Assembly (NCBI RefSeq): GCF_049347105.1
Contig: NZ_CP186334.1
Location: forward strand, 3,298,575-3,362,574
Length of the DNA: 64,000 bases
Origin: Gaoshiqia hydrogeniformans
GTDB taxonomy: Bacteria > Bacteroidota > Bacteroidia > Bacteroidales > Prolixibacteraceae
Direction: 5' to 3'
Positions within the stretch are counted from its first letter, which is position 1. Each line of letters opens with the position of its first letter. Below, one piece after another: positions 30,611 through 40,086 of the stretch. Below the pieces are notes generated by a model. That model made no database searches. It saw only the letters and a list, made by a program, of their open reading frames with translations, and had not been told where the DNA came from. The translations under genes were made by a program, and so were the position numbers.

Positions 30611-31273
30611 TTGTATTTTGCCATTGGAAAGAAAAAGTTAATTCGTAATTTTAACAAAACTATTATTCCAACACCCGTTATGATACTATCCATCTTTCCG
30701 GTTTGGGAGGAACTTAACCTGCTCGAACAAATCTATTGGATCTTTACGATTCCGTCTACCTTAATTTTTCTTGTGATGCTTGTTTCAACGGTTATCGGAG
30801 CAGATGTGGATGCCGATGTTGGAACTGATTTTGACGCGTCTCTTGCCGATGGTGACAGTATTCCGTTTCAGTTTTTATCGTTGAAGAATATTGTTGCATT
30901 CTTTGCTATGTTTGGTTGGTCGGGCCTGGGGTTTATCCATGCCGGAATGGCCGTTTGGCTGATTATATTATTATCTGTTTTATGTGGTTTTCTTATGATG
31001 TTCGCCATGGCTGCATTGTTTTATTTCATGTCGAAGCTGTCAGAAACCGGCAATTTGAGGATGAAAAATGCAATCGGAAAACTTGGTGAAGTTTATTTAA
31101 CCATACCGGCAAAGCAAGGAGGTCTGGGAAAAGTTCAGATGACCATCCAGGGAACACTCCAGACCCTTGACGCCATGACCAATGATGTCGAACCCATTGT
31201 GACCTCATCCATCATTCAGGTGGTTGATGTGATTGATGATCAGATTCTCCTGGTAAAACGATATTCCAACTAA
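30611..31273 (+). CDS. NfeD/YqiJ-like membrane protein (partner of flotillin)
   Basis: N-terminal TM helices, an acidic DVDADVGTDFDASLADGD segment and a C-terminal OB-like soluble domain. Lies immediately upstream of an SPFH/flotillin gene, as in yqiJK. The true start may be the Met at 30680. Confidence 0.6.
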   Translation: MYFAIGKKKLIRNFNKTIIPTPVMILSIFPVWEELNLLEQIYWIFTIPSTLIFLVMLVSTVIGADVDADVGTDFDASLADGDSIPFQFLSLKNIVAFFAMFGWSGLGFIHAGMAVWLIILLSVLCGFLMMFAMAALFYFMSKLSETGNLRMKNAIGKLGEVYLTIPAKQGGLGKVQMTIQGTLQTLDAMTNDVEPIVTSSIIQVVDVIDDQILLVKRYSN

Positions 31274-31292
31274 AAATCAAAAATAACCAGCT

Positions 31293-32708
31293 ATGGACAA
31301 TTACTTTGTGATTATGGTCAGCCTCGCTGCCCTGTTCTTGTTTATGATTATCGTGGCCATGACGAAACGGTATAAGCGTTGCCCGTCCGACCGCATTCTT
31401 GTTGTTTACGGTAAAGTAGGAAAGGGGATCAACAGCGAATCCCGTTCCGCAAAATGTATTCACGGGGGCGCTGCCTTCATTTGGCCGATTATTCACGCCT
31501 ATGAATTTCTTGATCTGACACCGATTTCGATCGAGATTAATTTGAGAAGCGCTTTGAGTAAACAAAACATTCGTGTTGATGTTCCTTCCCGTTTCACGGT
31601 TGGTATTTCTACCGAACCAAGTGTTATGACCAACGCAGCGGAACGTTTGCTGGGACTTTCTCAGGAAACGATCAGTAACCTGGCAAAAGATATTATTTTC
31701 GGCCAGCTGCGTTTGGTGGTTGCCACCATGGAGATTGAAGAGATTAACAGTAACCGCGATAAGTTTCTGGCTGCCGTGTCGTCAAATGTAGAAGCGGAAC
31801 TCAAAAAAATCGGCTTGAAACTGATCAACGTGAATGTGACCGACATCAATGACGAATCGGGTTATATTGAGGCATTGGGTAAAGAAGCCGCGGCAAAGGC
31901 GATCAATGATGCCAAGAAAAGTGTTGCTGAAAAGAACCGCGATGGTGAAATCGGACAAGCGGATGCCCACCAGGAACAACGTGTTCAGGTAGCCCGGGCC
32001 GATGCTACTGCCGTTGAAGGTGAAAATATAGCCAAAGTAACCATCGCCAATTCCGATGCAGAGCGACGCGAAAAAGAAGCTGAAGCCACACGTAAAGCGA
32101 TTGCCGCCGAGAAAGTGAAACAGGCACAGGCGCTCGAAGAAGCTTACGCGGCCGAGCGTGCAGCCGAATTGGTGCGTGCTGATCGCGATAAAGCGACTCA
32201 AACGGCGAATATTGTGGTGCCGGCTGAGATCGATAAGCAGAAAGTTGAAATTGACGCCGAAGCTTTGGCCGAACAAATCCGGCGCCATGCAAAGGGCGAG
32301 GCCGATGCCATCTATATGAAAATGGAAGCCCAGGCCAAAGGGATTTACGAAATCCTGAGCAAACAGGCCGAAGGTTTCGATATGTTGGTGAAAGCCGCCG
32401 GAAATAATTCGAAAGATGCGGTAATGATGATGATTGCCGATAAGTTGCCCGAATTGGTAAAAACCCAGGTGGAAGCAATCAAAAACATTAAAATTGATAA
32501 AGTCACCGTTTGGGAAACCGGAAACGGCAAAGACGGAAAAACGTCGACGGCCAATTTTATGCAAGGCATGTTGGGAGCTATTCCGCCATTGGATGATATT
32601 TTTAAAACGGCCGGGCTGGAACTGCCTGATTACTTAAAAGGAAAGACTGCTTCCGTTGAAAAAACAGCGAAATCTGAAGAAAAACAGATAAGGAAAACGG
32701 ATGAATAA
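31293..32708 (+). CDS. flotillin-like SPFH/band-7 protein (YqiK-like)
   Basis: N-terminal TM helix, an SPFH domain, and a long Ala/Glu-rich coiled-coil (EAEATRKAIAAEKVKQAQALEEAYAAERAAE); 471 aa. Confidence 0.85.
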   Translation: MDNYFVIMVSLAALFLFMIIVAMTKRYKRCPSDRILVVYGKVGKGINSESRSAKCIHGGAAFIWPIIHAYEFLDLTPISIEINLRSALSKQNIRVDVPSRFTVGISTEPSVMTNAAERLLGLSQETISNLAKDIIFGQLRLVVATMEIEEINSNRDKFLAAVSSNVEAELKKIGLKLINVNVTDINDESGYIEALGKEAAAKAINDAKKSVAEKNRDGEIGQADAHQEQRVQVARADATAVEGENIAKVTIANSDAERREKEAEATRKAIAAEKVKQAQALEEAYAAERAAELVRADRDKATQTANIVVPAEIDKQKVEIDAEALAEQIRRHAKGEADAIYMKMEAQAKGIYEILSKQAEGFDMLVKAAGNNSKDAVMMMIADKLPELVKTQVEAIKNIKIDKVTVWETGNGKDGKTSTANFMQGMLGAIPPLDDIFKTAGLELPDYLKGKTASVEKTAKSEEKQIRKTDE

Positions 32709-32733
32709 TCTGTCTTACAGGATTTGATTTTGG

Positions 32734-32764
32734 AAGGGTAGCCCTGGGTTACCCTTTTATTTTG
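32734..32764 (+). terminator. possible terminator after the flotillin gene
   Basis: AAGGGTA-GCCCTGGGT-TACCCTT stem-loop followed by TTATTTTG. Confidence 0.4.
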
Positions 32765-32870
32765 AAATAAATTTAACCATTTGGTTAAATTTTTTGGTTA
32801 ATTTGCTTGCCTGTTAAAAACAGATGCCGTATATTTGACCACATGATTTAACCATTTAGTTAAAATAGCT

Positions 32871-33482
32871 ATGGATTTAAAAAAAGACAATACCGAGGAA
32901 AAAATACTGGATGCCGCCACAACGGTATTTGTACGCAAAGGCATGGATGGAGCCCGCATGCAGGAAATAGCCGATGAGGCAAAAATCAATAAAGCCTTAT
33001 TACATTACTATTTCAGGAGTAAAGACAAGCTGTTTGACGCTATCTTTAGCAAAATCATCAGTTTTGCTTTTCCTAAAATCGGTCAGATCTTGCAATCGGA
33101 TATCGATTTTAAATCGAAGGTAGAACAAGCTATTGACACCTACCTCGACTTGTTGCTAAAGTATCCTTATTTGCCCGGATTTATTCTGAAAGAGGTGAAC
33201 CGGGATCCTAGCGTTTTCTTCAAATTGGTGATTAAACATGGTTTTAGTCCAAAACCCATTTTTAAAATCATCTCGGAAGCGATGGACCGGGGCGAAATTA
33301 TCCGGATGAAACCGGAACACCTGGTGGTCAACGTGATTAGCTTGTGCGTATTCCCTTTTGCAGGTAAACCGGTCATCAGCTTTGTTGCTTTCGATGAGGA
33401 TAAAGAAGCCACACGGGCTTTTCTTGAAGAACGGAAAGAAGAAGTCAAACGATTTGTACTCAGGGCCATTGAACCCAGATAA
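32871..33482 (+). CDS. TetR/AcrR-family transcriptional regulator
   Basis: N-terminal TetR helix-turn-helix (ILDAATTVFVRKGMDGARMQEIADEAKINKALLHYYF); 203 aa. Confidence 0.85.
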   Translation: MDLKKDNTEEKILDAATTVFVRKGMDGARMQEIADEAKINKALLHYYFRSKDKLFDAIFSKIISFAFPKIGQILQSDIDFKSKVEQAIDTYLDLLLKYPYLPGFILKEVNRDPSVFFKLVIKHGFSPKPIFKIISEAMDRGEIIRMKPEHLVVNVISLCVFPFAGKPVISFVAFDEDKEATRAFLEERKEEVKRFVLRAIEPR

Positions 33483-33493
33483 ACACGAAAACA

Positions 33494-34750
33494 ATGATCA
33501 GAAAACAATTATTTCTGTGGTTTTTGTTGCCGGTACAATTGCTGGCACAGGAACCGGTGAGTTTAAGCGATTGCCGGGAATGGGCGCGGGAGCAACATCC
33601 TTTTTTGAAACAGCAGGAGCTTTACCGGCAGATGACTGAACTGAAACTGGCAAACAACGAAACCGGTTATCTGCCGCAAATCGGCCTGAATGCCCAGGCC
33701 ACCTACCAGTCTGATGTAACGCGCGTCGGGATTTCACTCCCCGGTGTCAGTATTCCGGAAGTCTCAAAAGATCAATACAAAATGTACCTGGATGTGCGTC
33801 AGCATATTTGGGATGGCGGACTGACCAAAGCCAATGAGCGCCTCGAAACTGCTCAGGAGGCAACCAACCTGCAGGGAGTCGAGGTGGAATTGTACCAGGT
33901 GAACGAACAGGTGAATTATTTGTTTTTTACCAGTTTCGTTCTTCAGCAAAACCTGGAGGTTCTGGCTAAAAAGAAGGAAACCCTGGAGGCCGGCAAACGA
34001 CAGGCCGAATCGGGCGTCAAACATGGCATGGTGCTGGCTTCCGATCTGGATCTGCTGCTTGCCGAACTGATCAAGGTGAAGCAGCAACAAATTGAATTGC
34101 AGTCGAACCGGGAAACTGTTCATTCAGCGCTGGCCATCCTGACGGGGAAACAGCCAGCTGATCTTCAAAATCTGGCAATTGAACCAGCTGAGCCGGTTTT
34201 TGACCGTCCGGTAAGCCGTCCCGAGTTAAATCTGTTTGATAAGCAGACGGACTTGCTGGATGCGGCATCTGATTTACTTCAGAAAAAACGTAATCCCCGT
34301 TTGTTTGGTTTTGGACAGGCCGGTTACGGACGCCCCGGCTTAAATATGCTGAATGATGCGTTTGATACTTATTACCTGGTTGGCCTGGGATTGAACTGGA
34401 CTGTATTTGACTGGAAAAATACCAAACGCGACAAGGAGATGATCCGCCTGCAGCAGCAAATAGTTCAAACTCAACAACAACAATTTGAACGCCAGGTGAA
34501 TATTGCGCTCGACAGCGAATCGCGCAAGATCAGGCAATTAAAAGATATACTCGAAAGTGACCGGGAGCTGATTGAACTGCAGGAGCGGATTACGAAAAGT
34601 TCCGCCTCAAAGCTTGAAAACGGAGCCATAACCATGTCAGATTATCTTCAGGACCTCAATGCGGAAGCGGCCGCCCGGATCACTTTCGAAACACATAAGG
34701 TGCAGTTGGAAGCTGCTAAAATTAATTATCAAAACATACAAGGTAACTAA
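33494..34750 (+). CDS. TolC-family outer membrane efflux protein
   Basis: Signal peptide and a two-repeat coiled-coil/beta-barrel OEP architecture; 418 aa. Confidence 0.8.
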   Translation: MIRKQLFLWFLLPVQLLAQEPVSLSDCREWAREQHPFLKQQELYRQMTELKLANNETGYLPQIGLNAQATYQSDVTRVGISLPGVSIPEVSKDQYKMYLDVRQHIWDGGLTKANERLETAQEATNLQGVEVELYQVNEQVNYLFFTSFVLQQNLEVLAKKKETLEAGKRQAESGVKHGMVLASDLDLLLAELIKVKQQQIELQSNRETVHSALAILTGKQPADLQNLAIEPAEPVFDRPVSRPELNLFDKQTDLLDAASDLLQKKRNPRLFGFGQAGYGRPGLNMLNDAFDTYYLVGLGLNWTVFDWKNTKRDKEMIRLQQQIVQTQQQQFERQVNIALDSESRKIRQLKDILESDRELIELQERITKSSASKLENGAITMSDYLQDLNAEAAARITFETHKVQLEAAKINYQNIQGN

Positions 34751-34752
34751 CA

Positions 34753-35667
34753 TTGAAAAACAGAAAAATGAAACTTCAATATGTGGTTGTACTGGCATTG
34801 GTCGCGCTGATGTCGTGCAAAGGGAAAGATGACAAATCGGACGCTTACGGCAATTTTGAAACCGATGAGACGATTGTTTCTGCCGAACAGGCGGGAAAGC
34901 TGATCAGCTTTGGGCTTCGCCTGGGTAGCCAGGTTGAAAAAGATGAACTTCTGGCGGTAGTGGATACCAGTCAGTTGAGCCTTCAGTTGAAACAGGCGGA
35001 AGCGCAACTGCAGGCCGTGGCGATAAAAAAAATCAGTGTCCGGGCGCAGTCGGAGGTTTTGCAGGAGCAAATCAGCAACCTGAAAATCCAGCAGGACCGT
35101 GTTCATAAACTATTTGCCGATCAGGCGGCAACCCGGCAGCAGGTAGACGATGTAGACGGGCAGATGCGCGTACTGGAAAAACAGTTGGAAAGTCTGAATA
35201 CACAATTTAAAACCATCGACAGTGAGATGGTTGTGCTGTCGGCCCAGTGGGATATTCTAAAAAATCAACTGGAAAAATGTCTGGTTACCAGTCCGATGAG
35301 CGGGGTGGTACTTGAAAAATATGTGGAGCCGGGCGAGTTGGTTTCGCCCGGCAAGGCGATTGTCAAACTTGGAAACCTGACCGAACTGGATCTGCGCGTT
35401 TATGTCAGCGGGGCCCAGTTGCCCCATCTTAAACTTGGGCAAGAGGTAAACGTGTTGATTGATAGTGATAAACGTGATAATCAGGTGATGACTGGTGTTG
35501 TGAACTGGATTTCACCGGAAGCTGAGTTTACACCCAAGATCATTCAAACCAAAGAAGAAAGGATAAAATTGGTGTATGCGGTAAAAGTGAAGGTGAAAAA
35601 TGACGGGCGCCTGAAAATCGGCATGCCGGGCGAAATCCGGTTCGTGAGCAGTGGTCTGTCGCAGTGA
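34753..35667 (+). CDS. HlyD-family periplasmic adaptor (membrane fusion protein)
   Basis: Lipoprotein-like N-terminus, a long coiled-coil and a C-terminal beta-barrel region; follows TolC by 3 bp. Confidence 0.8.
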   Translation: MKNRKMKLQYVVVLALVALMSCKGKDDKSDAYGNFETDETIVSAEQAGKLISFGLRLGSQVEKDELLAVVDTSQLSLQLKQAEAQLQAVAIKKISVRAQSEVLQEQISNLKIQQDRVHKLFADQAATRQQVDDVDGQMRVLEKQLESLNTQFKTIDSEMVVLSAQWDILKNQLEKCLVTSPMSGVVLEKYVEPGELVSPGKAIVKLGNLTELDLRVYVSGAQLPHLKLGQEVNVLIDSDKRDNQVMTGVVNWISPEAEFTPKIIQTKEERIKLVYAVKVKVKNDGRLKIGMPGEIRFVSSGLSQ

Positions 35668-35748
35668 GCGGTTGCAGATGCTGAATGTTAACTGCTGGTA
35701 GGCAGCAGCCCTTTAATCTGAAATCTGGAATTTGAAATTTGGAACCTA

Positions 35749-36660
35749 ATGATCGAAGTCAAAAACATATCAAAGTCCTACAACAAAACCACGGCTTTGA
35801 AAGATATTTCTTTCGAAGTGAAACAAGGCGAATTGTTTGGGTTGATCGGGCCGGATGGCGCCGGAAAAACCACACTGATGCGGATCCTGATGACGCTCCT
35901 TCTTCCGGATCAGGGCAAAGCCGAAATGGCTGGTCTCGACGTCATAACCGACTACAAAAAAATCCGGAGCCTGGTGGGTTATATGCCCGGCCGTTTTTCG
36001 CTTTACCAGGATTTGACGGTGGAGGAAAACCTGGAGTTTTTTGCCACCGTGTTTGGTACCACCATTGCCGAAAATTACGAGCTGATCAGGGATATTTACG
36101 TTCAGATTGAGCCGTTTAAAGCGCGTTTGGCCGGTAAACTTTCAGGAGGAATGAAACAGAAACTGGCTCTTTCGTGCGCACTGATCCATAAGCCCGAAAT
36201 TTTGATACTCGACGAACCGACTACCGGCGTGGATGCCGTTTCGCGCATGGAATTCTGGGAAATGCTGAAAAAGCTCCGCAAACAGGGAATTACCGTTTTG
36301 GTTTCGACACCTTACATGGACGAAGCCAGTCTGTGCGACCGGGTGGCGTTGATGCAAAAAGGACAAATACTGAGTATCGACAGCCCGGCCCGGATCGTGG
36401 AAACTTACAAACGAAAGCTGCTTGCCGCCCGATCAGCGGATATGCCGCGACTGATCAACGATTTGCGGGCCTGGGAAAAGGTGGGCACGGCATACGCTTT
36501 TGGACAGTTTATGCACGTTACGCCCAAAGATGACAGCCTGGAAGCCGTGGAACTGGAGCGCTACCTGATGGGACGACAACATGAAAAACTGCAGGTGTAT
36601 GAAATTTCGCCAGGCATCGAAGATGTTTTTATGGCGCTGATGAGGGAGAGTGGTGGTTAA
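35749..36660 (+). CDS. ABC transporter ATP-binding protein
   Basis: Walker A GPDGAGKTT, signature LSGGMKQKL, Walker B ILILDEPT. Confidence 0.9.
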   Translation: MIEVKNISKSYNKTTALKDISFEVKQGELFGLIGPDGAGKTTLMRILMTLLLPDQGKAEMAGLDVITDYKKIRSLVGYMPGRFSLYQDLTVEENLEFFATVFGTTIAENYELIRDIYVQIEPFKARLAGKLSGGMKQKLALSCALIHKPEILILDEPTTGVDAVSRMEFWEMLKKLRKQGITVLVSTPYMDEASLCDRVALMQKGQILSIDSPARIVETYKRKLLAARSADMPRLINDLRAWEKVGTAYAFGQFMHVTPKDDSLEAVELERYLMGRQHEKLQVYEISPGIEDVFMALMRESGG

Positions 36661-36708
36661 CTCTGTGGTCTCCGTGGTTAAAACTGGAAAATATTAAATA
36701 GAACAAAA

Positions 36709-37455
36709 ATGGATCAACAAACCCCGGTAATAAAGGTCAAAGATCTTGTCAAAAAGTTTGGCGCTTTCGTGGCAAACGATCACCTGAACTTCGAGGTTCA
36801 TAAAGGCGAAATTTTTGGTTTCCTGGGAGCGAATGGCGCCGGAAAAACCACCGCCATGCGTATTCTTTGTGGGCTGTCAAGTCCAACTTCAGGAGAAATA
36901 ATGGTTGGAGGTTTTGATGTTTATAAACAAACAGAGCAAATTAAGCGGAACATCGGCTATATGAGTCAAAAATTTTCGTTGTACGAAGACATGACTATTG
37001 CCGAAAATATCCGCTTCTATGCCGGTATTTATGGTATTTCAACAAAACAGCGAAAAGAAAAGGAAGAAATTCTGTTGAAAAAATTGCAACTCGAAACCGA
37101 ACGCAATAAACTGATTGCCTCACTGCCTTTGGGCTGGAAACAAAAGCTGGCTTTCTCGGTAGCGCTCTTTCACGATCCGCAGATTGTTTTTCTGGACGAA
37201 CCGACCGGAGGCGTCGACCCGATCACCCGCCGGCAGTTTTGGGATTTCATTTACGAAGCGGCTGCCGAAGGGAAAACCATCTTTGTAACCACCCACTACA
37301 TGGACGAAGCCGAATACTGCGATCGCGTGTCGATCATGGTGGATGGCCGCATCGCCGCTCTCGACACACCCGAAAACCTGAAAAAGCAGTTTGCTTCAAA
37401 CGATATGAACGGGGTATTTCTGAAGCTGGCGAGAGGAGTCGTGAGTCGTGAGTAA
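36709..37455 (+). CDS. ABC transporter ATP-binding protein
   Basis: Walker A GANGAGKTT and Walker B VFLDEPTGGVD. Confidence 0.9.
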   Translation: MDQQTPVIKVKDLVKKFGAFVANDHLNFEVHKGEIFGFLGANGAGKTTAMRILCGLSSPTSGEIMVGGFDVYKQTEQIKRNIGYMSQKFSLYEDMTIAENIRFYAGIYGISTKQRKEKEEILLKKLQLETERNKLIASLPLGWKQKLAFSVALFHDPQIVFLDEPTGGVDPITRRQFWDFIYEAAAEGKTIFVTTHYMDEAEYCDRVSIMVDGRIAALDTPENLKKQFASNDMNGVFLKLARGVVSRE

Positions 37456-37719
37456 CGAGTCGTGAGTATTTTCATTGAATGAACGTTTTAACCAAAAACA
37501 AATAATCATGAATAATTTTAAAGAATTAAAAGTTTGGCAGAAGGCAATAGAACTTGTCACGGACATGTACAAAAACACACAATCTCAATCAAACAGATTT
37601 TGATTTGCTGACTTCAGATTTGGATGAAATACAACGAATGCTGACAGGGCGGCAAAAAACTTTAAAGTAAGAAGCAAATGTTGCAGGTACAATCTCGCAA
37701 CTCGCAACTCGCTACTCAC
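37436..37719. repeat. intergenic element with a GTGAGT-rich arm (37436-37468) and a complementary ACTCGC/ACTCAC-rich arm (37693-37719) flanking an inserted gene remnant
   Basis: The (GAGTCGTGAGT) units are complementary to the (ACTCGCAACTCGC...ACTCAC) units, allowing G.U pairs. A compact version of the same element occurs at 38839..38881. Confidence 0.4.
37508..37669 (+). pseudogene. decayed four-helix-bundle protein gene (rRNA intervening-sequence-type, S23p-like) with an internal deletion/frameshift
   Basis: Translation MNNFKELKVWQKAIELVTDMYKNT... matches the conserved N-terminus of four-helix-bundle proteins, then terminates after 31 codons. A C-terminal-like remnant ...LDEIQRMLTGRQKTLK lies in another frame, ending at 37669. 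Confidence 0.55.
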
Positions 37720-37737
37720 AACCCGTAACTCAAGACA

Positions 37738-38844
37738 ATGAAACGTTTCTTCGGATTTGTAAAAAAAGAATTTTATCACATCTTCCGCGATGTGCGGACC
37801 ATGATTATCCTGTTTGGGATACCCGTTGCCCAGCTTTTGCTGTTTGGAACGGTGATTACCAACGAGATCAAAGATGTGCACATCGCGGTCTGCGACCAGT
37901 CGAAAGATGAAGTCACCCGCGAAATTACCAACAAGATTTTGTCGTCAGGTTATTTTTTTATGGATCAGTACCTCGAAAGTACAGCGGATATTGAGGCCAT
38001 CTTTAAAAAAGGAAAAGTAAAAGAGGTGCTGGTTTTTGAACCGGACTTCGCCCGAAACCTCGAACGCGACGGCAAGGCAGCCGTGCAGGTGATCGCCGAT
38101 GCGTCTGATCCCAACCTGGGGAAAATGCTGGCCGCTTATACCACGGGCATTATCAACGATTATATGCTGAAAGAGATGGGCGAATTGCACATGCCCATGC
38201 AGATTAAACCGGAGGTACGCATGTTTTACAACGAAGAGCTGAAGTCGGTTTATCTGTTTGTGCCCGGAATTATGGCCATGATCCTGATGCTGATCTCCGC
38301 CATGATGACCTCCATATCCATCACCCGGGAAAAAGAGCTGGGTACCATGGAGATTCTGCTGGTGTCGCCGTTGCGCCCGGTACAGATCATCCTTGGCAAA
38401 GTGGCGCCCTACCTGGGTTTATCTGTTATCAATGCCTTGATTATTTTGTTGATTGGCCACTTCGTATTTGGCGTCCCCATTCACGGGAGTTGGTTTTTGT
38501 TGATGGCGGAGAGTATCCTGTTTATCCTGATGGCGCTGTGTTTGGGTATTCTGATCTCCTCGGTTGCCAAAAACCAAATGGTGGCCATGTTTATCTCCAT
38601 GATTGCGCTGATGTTGCCAACGATCCTGCTGTCGGGATTTATCTTCCCGATCGAAAACATGCCTTATCCATTGCAGCTTTTGTCGAATATCATGCCGCCG
38701 CGCTGGTTCATTGTCATCCTGAAAAACATCATGCTGAAAGGCGCCGGCTTCCTGTACGTGTGGAAAGAAAGCCTGATCCTGCTGGGCATGGCAGCGGTTT
38801 TTACCGCGATTGCCGTGAGAAAATTTAAAACGAGACTTGAGTAG
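37738..38844 (+). CDS. ABC-2 family transporter permease
   Basis: N-terminal TM helix, a large periplasmic loop, and then 5 TM helices (ABC2_membrane_3 type); 368 aa. Confidence 0.85.
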   Translation: MKRFFGFVKKEFYHIFRDVRTMIILFGIPVAQLLLFGTVITNEIKDVHIAVCDQSKDEVTREITNKILSSGYFFMDQYLESTADIEAIFKKGKVKEVLVFEPDFARNLERDGKAAVQVIADASDPNLGKMLAAYTTGIINDYMLKEMGELHMPMQIKPEVRMFYNEELKSVYLFVPGIMAMILMLISAMMTSISITREKELGTMEILLVSPLRPVQIILGKVAPYLGLSVINALIILLIGHFVFGVPIHGSWFLLMAESILFILMALCLGILISSVAKNQMVAMFISMIALMLPTILLSGFIFPIENMPYPLQLLSNIMPPRWFIVILKNIMLKGAGFLYVWKESLILLGMAAVFTAIAVRKFKTRLE

Positions 38845-38881
38845 TGAGTGGTGAGTAGTTGAACTCGAAACTCGCGATTCG
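38839..38881. repeat. intergenic hairpin element, (GTGAGT)n arm plus (ACTCGN)n arm
   Basis: GAGTAGTGAGTGGTGAGTAG - TTG - AACTCGAAACTCGCGATTCG. The two arms pair, with G.U wobbles, directly between the two permease genes. The left arm also encodes the permease stop region. Confidence 0.4.
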
Positions 38882-38901
38882 TAACCCGAAACCTTAAAAA
38901 G

Positions 38902-40020
38902 ATGAAAACTATCCGATACATTCTTCAAAAAGAATTCATCCAGGTATTCCGAAACAAAACCATGTTACCCATGATCTTTGTGTTGCCGCTGGTGCAAATG
39001 CTGATCCTGGTGTTTGCAGCAACCTACGATTTGAAAAACGTGGATATTTATGTGGTTGACCAGGATCTGTCGGCAACTTCGCGCGAACTGACAGGCAAAT
39101 TTGAAGGTTCGCCGTTTTTTCGCTTGCACGACGCGTCGTTTGATCTGCAGGATGCCGAGAACAGTTTCAAAAAAGAAGAGGCGGATTTTGTGTTGGTGAT
39201 TCCGCAGGGTTTTGAACGTTCGTTGGTCCGTGAAGAAGAGGCTAGAGTGCAGCTGCTGATCAACGCGATTGATGGTAGTAAAGCCTCACTGATTTATTCC
39301 TACACCCTGGGGATCCTTTCGGGATTCAACAAGTCGGTGATTGCCGAATGGAAAGGTCTGCCCGAATTTAACCCACCCAGGCGAATCGAGGTGAAAGACA
39401 GCTATTGGTACAATCCCGAACTGGATTACAAGTGGTACATGGCGCCGGGCATCCTGGCTATTTTGGTAACGATTATCGGCATGTTTTTGTCGGGCATGAA
39501 CCTGGTGCGCGAAAAGGAAATCGGCACCATTGAGCAACTCAACGTGACTCCCATTAAAAAGTACCAGTTTATTTTGGGTAAGCTGGCGCCGTTCCTGGTC
39601 ATTGCTTTGTTCGACCTGGCTTTTGGGCTGATTATTGCCCGCGTGGTTTTCGACCTTCCCATCATGGGCAGCCTGCCTTTGCTGTTTGGTTTTGCTGCCC
39701 TTTACCTGGTTGGCGTACTTGGTCTGGGACTGTTTATTTCGACGGTTACCGAAACCCAGCAGCAAGTAATGTTTGTAACCTTCTTCTTTATGATGATTTT
39801 CATCCTGATGGGCGGCATATTCACCCCGGTCGAAAGTATGCCTCATTGGGCGCAATGGCTCGACCGTATCAACCCAATCTACTATTTTATGCGGATTATG
39901 CGCATGGTTGTGCTGAAAGGCTCCGGTTTTTCCGATTTATTGGATGAATTTGTTTCACTGACCGTGATTGGTGTCTCGTTCTTAAGTCTGGCCATCTGGC
40001 GCTACCGGAAAACGAGTTGA
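38902..40020 (+). CDS. ABC-2 family transporter permease
   Basis: Paralog of the preceding permease with the same topology; 372 aa. Confidence 0.85.
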   Translation: MKTIRYILQKEFIQVFRNKTMLPMIFVLPLVQMLILVFAATYDLKNVDIYVVDQDLSATSRELTGKFEGSPFFRLHDASFDLQDAENSFKKEEADFVLVIPQGFERSLVREEEARVQLLINAIDGSKASLIYSYTLGILSGFNKSVIAEWKGLPEFNPPRRIEVKDSYWYNPELDYKWYMAPGILAILVTIIGMFLSGMNLVREKEIGTIEQLNVTPIKKYQFILGKLAPFLVIALFDLAFGLIIARVVFDLPIMGSLPLLFGFAALYLVGVLGLGLFISTVTETQQQVMFVTFFFMMIFILMGGIFTPVESMPHWAQWLDRINPIYYFMRIMRMVVLKGSGFSDLLDEFVSLTVIGVSFLSLAIWRYRKTS

Positions 40021-40086
40021 CCGAAAGGTAAAAGCACCTTATTTTGGTGGTTTTCGTATATATTCCTGTTAAGAAGAAAGGAGGGA

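Noticed and set aside
31782-32564. 260-aa and 157-aa minus-strand ORFs antisense to the flotillin gene
   Set aside because: The Ala/Glu-rich coiled-coil coding sequence (GCN/GAR repeats) is stop-poor on the opposite strand. Their composition is not protein-like.
39286-39855. 189-aa minus-strand ORF inside the ABC-2 permease gene
   Set aside because: A hydrophilic His/Gln-rich translation opposite a hydrophobic TM-coding region. This is a typical antisense artefact.
40021-40086. Possible terminator (AAGGT-AAAAGC-ACCTT followed by ATTTTGG) after the second permease
   Set aside because: The stem is only 5 bp and the T-tract is interrupted. This is too weak to call.
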